Positions 10,136-18,217 of a DNA stretch of 59,605 nt are shown piece by piece; position 1 is the stretch's first letter, and each line of letters begins with the position of its first letter. Position numbers and translations under genes: made by a program. Source of the stretch: Patescibacteria group bacterium (GTDB lineage Bacteria; Patescibacteriota; UBA1384; XYA2-FULL-43-10; 1-14-0-10-43-13). Under the pieces are notes generated by a model, which was not told the DNA's origin, did not search any database, and worked only from the letters and a program-made list of their open reading frames with translations. The stretch is from assembly GCA_041649155.1 (NCBI GenBank), contig JBAZNP010000001.1, positions 739,183 to 798,787 of the forward strand, in the 5' to 3' direction.

Positions 10136-10160
10136 GTCATCCTGAACTTGTTTCAGGATC
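10136..10160. repeat. REP-like palindrome GTCATCCTGAACTTGTTTCAGGATC
   Basis: ATCCTGAA/TTCAGGAT inverted repeat; degenerate relatives at 8807-8818 and 11209-11234. Confidence 0.6.
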
Positions 10161-10236
10161 CTGTCATTACCAAATCTGAACGCTCAGCCGACACTCGCAA
10201 AAACAATATACTCATCAAATTTCGCTTACTATAATA

Positions 10237-11160
10237 TTAATGCCAATCAGCTAAAATTCCTCTTTTGCCTTGTAGCTTTTGTAAATAGTCGTAACAGGAC
10301 AGCGCTGCTTTTGCTCCTTCTGCGGCGGAGATAATCGCTTGTTTGTATGGAGTTACGGTTAAGTCTCCGGCGGCAAAAATGCCAGGGACAGAAGTTTCCT
10401 GAATATTATTTACAATTACCTGCTTTTTACTATCGACATCAACTAATCCTTCCACTAGGGAATGATCAACAATAAAACCAACTTCAACAATCACGCCATC
10501 AGTTTCTATTGTTTTTTCGTCAGACAAGACGACAGACTTAACTACTTGCTCACCTTTTATTTCTTTGATCTGACTGTTGAATACTATTTCAATGTTTTTT
10601 GTGAAGTTAATGGTATCGATCAAGACCTGTTCTCCAGTAAAAGAGCTGCGGCGATGAATCAAATAAACTTTTTTGCAATATTTCGAAGCCAGAAGTGCTG
10701 CGTCCAAAGCGGAATTTCCTCCTCCGACTACTACTAAGGTTTTATTTTTAAAGAAGGGAGCATCACATGTAGCACAGTAGGAAACGCCTCTACCTTTAAA
10801 CTCATTTTCGCCTGGAACTCCTAATTCCCTAGGCTTTTTACCTGAGGCTAAAATGACTGTCTTGGCTTCATATTCGTTTCGTAAGGTTTTAACTGTAAAT
10901 TCACCTTTTGTTTTTGTGACCTTTACTGTTTCCTCAAAAACAATTGTAGCACCAAATTTTTCTGCCTGAGTTTTAAACTTGTTTGCTAGTTCGACACCAG
11001 AAATTTTTTCCACGCCGGGATAATTTTCAATATCCGGAGTTTTAGCTATTTGTCCGCCGATGTCACGGCTAATAACCAAAGTTTTTAAAGCTCTTCTGGA
11101 AGAGTAAATAGCCGCACTAAGACCGGCTGGTCCACCACCAATAATTATCACATCATACAT
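10237..11160 (-). CDS. trxB: Thioredoxin reductase
   Basis: [19 protein letters not shown] redox motif, [13 protein letters not shown]. Confidence 0.96.
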   Translation of the reverse strand: MYDVIIIGGGPAGLSAAIYSSRRALKTLVISRDIGGQIAKTPDIENYPGVEKISGVELANKFKTQAEKFGATIVFEETVKVTKTKGEFTVKTLRNEYEAKTVILASGKKPRELGVPGENEFKGRGVSYCATCDAPFFKNKTLVVVGGGNSALDAALLASKYCKKVYLIHRRSSFTGEQVLIDTINFTKNIEIVFNSQIKEIKGEQVVKSVVLSDEKTIETDGVIVEVGFIVDHSLVEGLVDVDSKKQVIVNNIQETSVPGIFAAGDLTVTPYKQAIISAAEGAKAALSCYDYLQKLQGKRGILADWH

Positions 11161-11245
11161 GTATCGCTTCGCTCCAATTAAAATTTTATAATTAAAAAAC
11201 TAAAAACAGTTATACTGAACTTGTTTCAGAATACAGACAAGTAGC

Positions 11246-11365
11246 ATTTACTGTGAACTGATTTACTGTGAACTGATTTACTGTGAACTGATTTACTGTG
11301 AACTGATTTACTGTGAACTGATTTACTGTGAACTGATTTACTGTGAACTGATTTACTGTGAACTG
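11246..11365. repeat. Perfect tandem array, 8 x ATTTACTGTGAACTG
   Basis: Eight identical 15-bp units counted directly; no spacers. Confidence 0.97.
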
Positions 11366-11459
11366 ACAACTTGTTATAAGTTTATATTAGCTTAAAATTC
11401 CGCGATTGTGAATTGATTTATTCTATACTAATATTTTTCTTGTTAAATTGTATCTTCGA

Positions 11460-11738
11460 TTAAAAAAACAACAGACCAACCCGAACAAATAAGAGTTTAA
11501 TAACGGTTAAAATCAGACCGCCAATATATTGAGTGGCCGGCCATGTGCCAGGTAGAAAAAGAATTAAAGCTGCGATAAAAATCCAGTGGCCGTGTTTTAT
11601 TACCATATAGATTTGCCACATCAGAAATAATAAAAGAGCCAGTGAAATAAATGCCTGACTGGCAGGAGAAAAGCTGGAGATTAATTTATCATATTGAGTA
11701 AATATTAGATCCAAAATATCCTCTTTACTATTTAGCAC
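11460..11738 (-). CDS. Small membrane protein, unknown function
   Basis: 92 aa with about three hydrophobic segments; overlaps upstream gene stop. Confidence 0.7.
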   Translation of the reverse strand: MLNSKEDILDLIFTQYDKLISSFSPASQAFISLALLLFLMWQIYMVIKHGHWIFIAALILFLPGTWPATQYIGGLILTVIKLLFVRVGLLFF

Positions 11739-12543
11739 CGATTACAACTATGACGTCGTAATCACCAACGATGCTATCACTATTTTGAGTTGTTGTTTGC
11801 AGGCTGGTCAATGTTTCCTTAACAAGATTAGCTTCGGCATCTTTGCCTGTTTTGAAATAAATCATGCTTGTGGCATAGTTGAAATTTTTTGCGTTTGTCA
11901 CTCTTGATACTTTAAATCCTGCTGTTATGAGCTGATCTCTGATTGTGTCGGCCGAGCCTTTTATTCCGTTGCCGTTTAGAACTTCCATGATTATATTGGC
12001 TTTGTCTATAGTAGGAGTTGCTGTTGCTGTCTCTTGCGTTGTTTCTGTCGTTGTATTTGCGGTCGAAGTATCTTCTGCTGTTGTATCGGCAACTTTTTCT
12101 CCCGTATAATATTCATCATCTTTATTACTATCCGTAACTGTTTCTGTAGTTTTGTCTTTGAAAAATTTATTTTTGGCTACAGAAACGATTTCCGGATAAT
12201 TTTGCCAGATTAACAGACCAAGTAATGCCAATGTGATAAACCAAAAAGTTGCTTTGGTTGAACTTTTTTTACGATGATGACTTTTTGAAGCAGGCTTCTT
12301 TTCTTCTTTGTCTATATACATGCCTTTTTTGTCAGGCTGTTTCTCATTCTCGTGTTTGTATTCGTAGTCAAAAAAATCATTCTCCAACTTTTCCAGTGAT
12401 TTTGGATCCATTTTTTTTTCTTCAGGTTCAAAGCTGTCCAAGTCGATATTATTTTCATGTGTATTGCTAAAAACCGGAACATCGATTGATCTTTGTTGTG
12501 TGTGAAGTGATTTTTTTGGTTTGATATCGTCAGAAATACCCAT
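11728..12543 (-). CDS. Membrane protein with C-terminal LytR_C-like domain (start likely 12543)
   Basis: TM at FWFITLALLGLLIW, Thr-rich linker, EVLNGNGIKGSA...YDVIVVIG. Confidence 0.8.
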   Translation of the reverse strand: MGISDDIKPKKSLHTQQRSIDVPVFSNTHENNIDLDSFEPEEKKMDPKSLEKLENDFFDYEYKHENEKQPDKKGMYIDKEEKKPASKSHHRKKSSTKATFWFITLALLGLLIWQNYPEIVSVAKNKFFKDKTTETVTDSNKDDEYYTGEKVADTTAEDTSTANTTTETTQETATATPTIDKANIIMEVLNGNGIKGSADTIRDQLITAGFKVSRVTNAKNFNYATSMIYFKTGKDAEANLVKETLTSLQTTTQNSDSIVGDYDVIVVIGAK

Positions 12544-12785
12544 TGCCCCTCGCAACGTTTAATGTGATTCAATTATATTCCAAATGAAAAATAAGTGCAA
12601 AAAGTAATAAATCATCAAATTGGACAGTCGCTGTTCCGGACATTTTCACCTGCGTTTGTTTTCTTGACAATCGTCAAATATGGACGATCGTTCTATTTTG
12701 ACGATAGACAGGCATTACGCAAATATTGATTATTAGTCTAAAAAATGATATAAATAAGCACGGTTAAACAGGAGGAGGTGAGGTA

Positions 12786-13142
12786 ATGACGCTTAAAATA
12801 GTGCTGGATGATGTGATTGAACAAGCGATATCTGCGTTGAAAGCATACTGCAAGTTTAAAGGTTGGAAAATATCCGACGAGGAGATTGCTCTAATAAGAA
12901 TGTCTTGGCTTGCGGGCGATGATATTCAGATAGAGTCTTCTAGCGGCGTTGAATTAGAAGTTATTTCTCCTAGGATAAGTGGAGATAATGTCATTCTTGT
13001 TTATCAGGATGGAGAACGCAAACACCGAGCCACTAAAAATATAAACAATCTGATCTATCAGGCAACCAATAATGATTGGTACGACTGCGAGATGGATCGC
13101 CTGGCTGGCAAGCGTTGGCTTGCGGGAATTAAATCAAAATGA
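12786..13142 (+). CDS. Hypothetical protein
   Basis: Strong RBS AGGAGGAGGTG, own terminator; no recognisable motif. Confidence 0.7.
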   Translation: MTLKIVLDDVIEQAISALKAYCKFKGWKISDEEIALIRMSWLAGDDIQIESSSGVELEVISPRISGDNVILVYQDGERKHRATKNINNLIYQATNNDWYDCEMDRLAGKRWLAGIKSK

Positions 13143-13170
13143 CTGCTCACGTTCATATGGGCAGTCATTT
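13140..13170. terminator. Hairpin between convergent genes
   Basis: TGACTGCTCA / TGGGCAGTCA stem followed by TTT. Confidence 0.5.
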
Positions 13171-13186
13171 ATCATTTATATGGTGT

Positions 13187-13351
13187 TTATTGCTTGTCGT
13201 ATTTTTCTACAAACTTTTTAATTTCTTCAATATTTTCTAAAACCATTTTTGCTTTTTTTAGACCAAACTGAAAAGGGTATTTATCCTCTTCATCGTTCTT
13301 GATAACGATCATTACATTTCCCTTGAATTCTGACTCTGATACTATCGACAT
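13187..13351 (-). CDS. 54-aa small protein missed by the ORF track
   Basis: GAGGAGG RBS; MSIVSESEFKGNVMIVIKNDEEDKYPFQFGLKKAKMVLENIEEIKKFVEKYDKQ. Confidence 0.8.
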   Translation of the reverse strand: MSIVSESEFKGNVMIVIKNDEEDKYPFQFGLKKAKMVLENIEEIKKFVEKYDKQ

Positions 13352-13393
13352 AACCAAATCCTCCTCTAAATATTAATAAATCTATTTTACCAT

Positions 13394-14857
13394 TTAGATA
13401 TTGCCATGACCAGAACTTAAATCCAATTCATCATCAAATTTTATTTGCTCGACAAAATCGGGCATGTGGCTGACCATAATCATAGCACCTCTATACTCAT
13501 CAATTGCTTTAGCAATTATCGGCAGGTGGCGAAAATTAATATGATTAGTTGGCTCGTCTAAAATCAAAAGACCTGGCTGCATTAGCGTAAGCCGTGCGAA
13601 AGAGAGTAAGCCTTTTTGTCCTTCAGATAATGCAGAAATCTTATGACCCATCAAGTCGCCGCCGATCAGAAAACCGGCCGCAACCGAACGCATAGTTTGT
13701 ACATCCATACCTTCAGTTCTAGCGCTCATGAGCGAATCAAAAACTGTTTGATCAAAATCCAGATTAGAAAAATCTTGACTATAATAACCGACGCGTACTT
13801 CGTCTAAAATTTTAGCGTCCTGATTTTTGCCGGATACCAGTGAGCGCAAAAATGTGCTTTTGCCGACTCCATTCGGTCCAGTAACCAAGAGATGTATTCG
13901 TTTGCGGATAATTTTACCAACCTTTTTTGTAAGTGGTTCGTGATTATGGAAAGTTGTCACAGCGTTTATTGTTACAATATCGCCAATGATATCTTGGGCT
14001 AGGATGTTAAAATTACGGATAGTTCTGTCTTCATGTCTGACATCGACAATATCTTCTTCAAGTTCGATAGTTTCTTCTTTAAGTTTTTTGGCTAGTCTGC
14101 GCATCTTGCCGCCTTTATTGGAGAAAAAATTCACTTTTTCTTTGCGGTCAATGATTGATTTTTTGAGTTGGGCATTTTTTCTCTCTTCGCGTTCGACTCG
14201 TTTGCTAATTTCTTCAACTACTGAATAATAATCACCGACGTACTTTTCAACCTTATGGCTAAAGACGTTAAGATAGATAACGCCTTCGGTAAAGCAATTC
14301 AAGAAATCGGCGTCATGTGAAATTACGATTACGGTTTTATCATAAGTCATCAAGAACATAATTAAATGATCAATGCCGGCCTGATCAAGATTATTGGTTG
14401 GTTCATCGAGCAAAAGAATGTCGGAATTTTGAATCAAAGCAAAAGCAAGTAAAAGTCTTGCTTGCTGTCCACCAGAAAGATCGCCTACTCGTCTATCGGT
14501 TGGGATGTTTAAATTTACGGCTGTCATCACTTTAGCAATTTTGCTAGCTATGTCGGATGGCCACTCTTTGAAGGCTTTGGCAAAATAATCCATGATTGAC
14601 AGAGCAAGGTCTTCGCGCGCCATAACTTGATGAGCTTTAGCAATTGTAATGTCTTTGCCAATGGAGATCTGACCTGATTTAGGTTTTAGCTCACCCATAA
14701 TTAAAGAAAACAGTGAACTTTTGCCGGCGCCGTTTTGTCCCATTAAAGTTATTTTGGAATTTCTTCGTATGCTAAAACTGGCTTCATCTAAGATGGGCTT
14801 GTCGTGTTGATATTCGAAACTGACTTCATCAAATCTTAAAAGTACTTCTTCATTCAT
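13394..14857 (-). CDS. ABC-F family ATPase
   Basis: Two ABC domains (GQNGAGKS/LSGGQ/LDEPTN and GPNGVGKS/LSEGQ/LDEPTN), coiled linker, no TM. Confidence 0.9.
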   Translation of the reverse strand: MNEEVLLRFDEVSFEYQHDKPILDEASFSIRRNSKITLMGQNGAGKSSLFSLIMGELKPKSGQISIGKDITIAKAHQVMAREDLALSIMDYFAKAFKEWPSDIASKIAKVMTAVNLNIPTDRRVGDLSGGQQARLLLAFALIQNSDILLLDEPTNNLDQAGIDHLIMFLMTYDKTVIVISHDADFLNCFTEGVIYLNVFSHKVEKYVGDYYSVVEEISKRVEREERKNAQLKKSIIDRKEKVNFFSNKGGKMRRLAKKLKEETIELEEDIVDVRHEDRTIRNFNILAQDIIGDIVTINAVTTFHNHEPLTKKVGKIIRKRIHLLVTGPNGVGKSTFLRSLVSGKNQDAKILDEVRVGYYSQDFSNLDFDQTVFDSLMSARTEGMDVQTMRSVAAGFLIGGDLMGHKISALSEGQKGLLSFARLTLMQPGLLILDEPTNHINFRHLPIIAKAIDEYRGAMIMVSHMPDFVEQIKFDDELDLSSGHGNI

Positions 14858-14973
14858 GTATTTGGGGAGAATTAAAAAAGGCGCAAATCACGCCACTTTT
14901 ATTACTACAATATTACTATAACATATTCTACATGAAAGTACAGACTTTTCTGAAGTATGTGCTCGCCCACAAC

Positions 14974-15061
14974 GTCATTCCCGCGAAGGCGGGAATCCAG
15001 AAACTATTATATGGATCCCCGGGCACCACTCTCAAGCTACACCGCTGGTCCCGAGGATGAC
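14974..15061. repeat. REP/dRS3-like palindromic element
   Basis: GTCATTCCCGCGAAGGCGGGAATCCAG...TGGATCCCCGGG...CCCGAGGATGAC; GTCAT/ATGAC termini. Confidence 0.7.
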
Positions 15062-15121
15062 AAGGAGAGATGGTGAGCATTTACTTTCTGAACAATATAA
15101 TATGTATAAATTTTTGTCTGT

Positions 15122-15391
15122 TTATTTCTCAGCTAATTGTGATTCGGCCTCTCGTTCCATTTTTTCCAGTCGGGTGTAATAATCAGGAAATTCTTTGAGA
15201 TGGGCCAGTGCTATTTTAGCGGTCATGAGAGGATCGTCATTTGTGACATTCGTCTCAGGATCGCATGAACCGTGTTCTAGTTCAACATTCATTCCGCGAC
15301 AAAATTGATCAACATTAAATTCATTCCAGCTAATGTTTAACTTATCGCCACATTCTTTCGCTTCTTTGATTGTAAATTTTCTATTGGTCAT
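15122..15391 (-). CDS. DUF5661-like protein
   Basis: GMNVELEHG, TNVTNDD, AKIALAHLKEFPDYY; GGAGG RBS. Confidence 0.75.
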   Translation of the reverse strand: MTNRKFTIKEAKECGDKLNISWNEFNVDQFCRGMNVELEHGSCDPETNVTNDDPLMTAKIALAHLKEFPDYYTRLEKMEREAESQLAEK

Positions 15392-15413
15392 ATATCGCCT
15401 CCTTTGTGAGCAA

Positions 15414-15647
15414 TTATTTTTGAATTTCTAAAAGGTCTGAGATGCGATCATCTAGATATTTGTATGAATCGTAGATACCTTGATTATAGAATTCAACTGC
15501 TAATTTATCAAGAAAAAAATCGAGAACGGCACTTGCTGCCAAGCCACCAATTTCTTCATCTCTTTCTTTTTGAAAGAAACTCTTGATTAGTCCAAGTAGT
15601 TCGTCTCTTTTCTCTTTTGATAAGTCAAAATCTTTATTTTGTTTCAT
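15414..15647 (-). CDS. DUF2164-like protein
   Basis: FFQKERDEEIG...LDFF...FYNQG pattern. Confidence 0.75.
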   Translation of the reverse strand: MKQNKDFDLSKEKRDELLGLIKSFFQKERDEEIGGLAASAVLDFFLDKLAVEFYNQGIYDSYKYLDDRISDLLEIQK

Positions 15648-15657
15648 TTAAAATTTG

Positions 15658-16563
15658 TTAGATATTTTTCTCAAAATTGGAGTGGAGTTTAAATTTCATA
15701 ATATTTTTCTCCCAGTCATCCCCTATCACAAAATTTTCATCTTGGCCGGCGCCGAGAAGGGTCAAGTACTCGACATCTTTAATATCAATGCCCATTAGTC
15801 TGCATGCCAGCCAGTCAGCTGCAATCGGATCGGATGACGCTATAGCAAAATGAGCTGGAACCATGTGACCATTGACTGGTCCATTACCTTCCATTGCTTC
15901 AAAAGCGTCCAGAACAGCAAGCTTTAGTGGTATTTTTTCATATATGGTTCTAATATTTTCATTTATAGCTTTAGCGCCTTGGTGTATTAAGACTTTATTA
16001 TTTTTCGGTAGTCCCAGTGACTCTTTAAATTTATTCATGGCTTTTGACATGGTCGGAATGGATCGTAATAAAGAACCGACAGCAATATTTTCAACTGCTC
16101 CTGTATAAATAGCAGCATCATGGGTTTTGGGTGGTGAAACGGAGATTAAGTAATCTGAATTTAATATTGTTTTAGCAACTTGTCCGTTCCATTTTTTACC
16201 TCTTGAATTGATCAGGGGGATTGTTCCATAATCATCTGTGTTTAGATCAACAATGGAAAAATCGTATTTTTCCTGCAGGCGTAAATAATCAAAATTTTTG
16301 AAAGCAGTCAGTGTGTCTCCGACGCCTACTCCTTCAGCTAAGGTAATTTGTCTTTTAACGTATGGTTTGATGAAGTCTAAAACGGCATCCAATGCTTCTG
16401 CATGTGTGGCGGCCAAGCGAACATTGTCAGTGACACAGCTTGTCTTAACTACAACTCGTTTAGCATTTTTTAATCCGGAAGTAATTTCACTCTTTATCAA
16501 AGACAAACATCTATCAATGTTGTATTTGCGGTCACCTGATTTTATGAATGATATTTTACTCAT
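15658..16563 (-). CDS. DUF362-like protein
   Basis: ATH, AEG, PKTHD, LDAFEAMEGNGP, SSDPIAAD; overlaps mpg stop. Confidence 0.75.
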   Translation of the reverse strand: MSKISFIKSGDRKYNIDRCLSLIKSEITSGLKNAKRVVVKTSCVTDNVRLAATHAEALDAVLDFIKPYVKRQITLAEGVGVGDTLTAFKNFDYLRLQEKYDFSIVDLNTDDYGTIPLINSRGKKWNGQVAKTILNSDYLISVSPPKTHDAAIYTGAVENIAVGSLLRSIPTMSKAMNKFKESLGLPKNNKVLIHQGAKAINENIRTIYEKIPLKLAVLDAFEAMEGNGPVNGHMVPAHFAIASSDPIAADWLACRLMGIDIKDVEYLTLLGAGQDENFVIGDDWEKNIMKFKLHSNFEKNI

Positions 16564-17162
16564 TTTTTACTGATAAATTGGTTATTTTTTATGTAAAATC
16601 GCCAAGGATATTCTTTGCAATGTTGCGCATAGTCGACGCCTATTCGGGTAGTGCAGATAATATCTTTTTCCGATACTTCTTCTTTGTTATCCTCTATGTA
16701 AATATTATCCGATTTTATGAAATCTGTGGTGTGGAAATCTCCGGTAATTCCGAACGCCACCGAAAGTTTACCAGGCCCTGTGGCAAGTTTTTCATTTAGT
16801 TTTACAAATTTATTATCGTTTATTCTATCTGAGATAATGCTTTGACCTTCTATAATCTCGACTGAACGTATCAATATGCCTCCGACGCCATTTTTCGTGT
16901 GTGCAACAACGTTAGTTAGCCAGAAAATTCCATAATTCAAATAAACATATAAATGGCCAACTTCGCCAAACAAGCCCTCAGTTCTTTTGGTAAGCCCTTT
17001 GCTTGCATGGCAGGCCAAATCATCCGTGCCCATGTAGGCTTCAGTCTCAATAATTTTTCCTACGACTCTTCCCTCTTCTAAATCAGTAACTAAAAACTTA
17101 CCAAGCAATTCTTTGGCCACTGTCACTGTGTCTCGATCAAAAAAAGAACGTTCAAGTTTCAT
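16560..17162 (-). CDS. mpg: 3-methyladenine DNA glycosylase (AAG/MPG family)
   Basis: VAKELLGK, IIETEAY, LYVYLNYG, GPGKL, TRIGV, PWRFY. Confidence 0.95.
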   Translation of the reverse strand: MKLERSFFDRDTVTVAKELLGKFLVTDLEEGRVVGKIIETEAYMGTDDLACHASKGLTKRTEGLFGEVGHLYVYLNYGIFWLTNVVAHTKNGVGGILIRSVEIIEGQSIISDRINDNKFVKLNEKLATGPGKLSVAFGITGDFHTTDFIKSDNIYIEDNKEEVSEKDIICTTRIGVDYAQHCKEYPWRFYIKNNQFISKK

Positions 17163-17197
17163 GATTTTTTAGGCATTAGGAATCAGAAATTGCAAAT

Positions 17198-17809
17198 TCA
17201 CTTACCGAATTTGCGTATTACGCCTTTTACTTTGCCTTGTATAGTGACTCTTTTTTTGGCAAAATGCATTGGTTTCATGGTGCGATTTGCCGGCTGAAGC
17301 CTGATCCCTGTTTTTTCATTATAAAATCTCTTTAGAGTGGCATTTTCATTGTCAACCAGTGCTACTACGATATCACCATTTCTAGCCGAGTTGCTTTGTT
17401 CGATAATAACGTAATCACCTTCCAGAATCCCGTCTTCAATCATTGAATTTCCTCTAACTCTGAGAGCAAAAGTTTTCCTCCCCATCATATCCCGTGGAAT
17501 GTCGATTGTTTCATGAGTTCTTATGGCTTCAATCGGTCTTCCGGCGTCGATTACTCCTTCGAGCGGAATGTTGAATATTTCACATCCATCGTCAAAAGAC
17601 GGAGTTAACTGAATAGTTCTGGCCTCCATAGCGTCTTTAGTGATATAGCCTTTTTCTTCAAGAATATTGATGTATTCTGCTACCGTGCCGGTTGAAGAAA
17701 AATCAAAATAGTATGCGATTTCCCGAAAGCTTGGAGCATAGCCGTTTTCGTCGATGAACCCTCTTAGATACTCAAGAATTTCTTTTTGTCGTTTTGTTAA
17801 TGGAAACAT
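17198..17809 (-). CDS. lexA: SOS repressor LexA (start corrected to 17809)
   Basis: LTKRQ..IL, GYAPSFREIA, DAG cleavage site, GNSM serine, ATLKR lysine; AAGGAGG RBS. Confidence 0.97.
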   Translation of the reverse strand: MFPLTKRQKEILEYLRGFIDENGYAPSFREIAYYFDFSSTGTVAEYINILEEKGYITKDAMEARTIQLTPSFDDGCEIFNIPLEGVIDAGRPIEAIRTHETIDIPRDMMGRKTFALRVRGNSMIEDGILEGDYVIIEQSNSARNGDIVVALVDNENATLKRFYNEKTGIRLQPANRTMKPMHFAKKRVTIQGKVKGVIRKFGK

Positions 17810-17825
17810 GTTACCTCCTTTAAGT

Positions 17826-17894
17826 GTTCGCTTTTTGTTTTCCAAACAAAACTCGAACATCTTCATTATCGAACAAAAACCAAACAAGTGTCAA
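17826..17894 (-). promoter_or_regulatory. lexA promoter with three RAAC-N7-RAAC candidate operators
   Basis: TTGACA (17889-17894)-18 bp-GATAAT (17865-17870); motif copies at 17826-17840, 17844-17858, 17871-17885. Confidence 0.6.
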
Positions 17895-17989
17895 CAACTT
17901 ATCTTGTGGACAACTTTACTAATTTGAGATCATTATTCAATATAAAAAAATATGTTTGACAAAAAATAGGCTTGAGACTAATTTTAAGG

Positions 17990-18190
17990 TGTCCCTTTCT
18001 TAAATTGGAGTGTTCCTGTGAGTTAAGGCATAGAAACGCTCCAAGTGCATCATACCCTTCATTCCACATTCATTGGGTTATTAGTTTGTAAGTGCAAGAT
18101 GCGGGCTGCAGCGCACTATCTGCAGATCTTCTTTCTTCGTTCTCCTTTCAAAGCTTACCAGGGCGGCACAAATTAGTGCCGCTTTTCTCT
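17990..18190 (+). ncRNA. Candidate structured small RNA
   Basis: TTGACA-17-TAATTT upstream, several hairpins, GCGGCAC/GTGCCGC-TTTT terminator, no credible ORF. Confidence 0.35.
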
Positions 18191-18217
18191 TTGGGTGAGG
18201 TTGAAATATTTTTTAGG

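Noticed and set aside
11246-11365. CRISPR array
   Set aside because: Units are 15 bp, directly adjacent with no spacers, and no cas genes are present.
17826-17885. Firmicutes-type palindromic SOS box GAAC-N4-GTTC
   Set aside because: No copy with that spacing; the half-sites fit a direct repeat with N7 instead.
17904-17912. DnaA box / replication origin
   Set aside because: A single mismatched TTGTCCACA-like word with no cluster and no dnaA.
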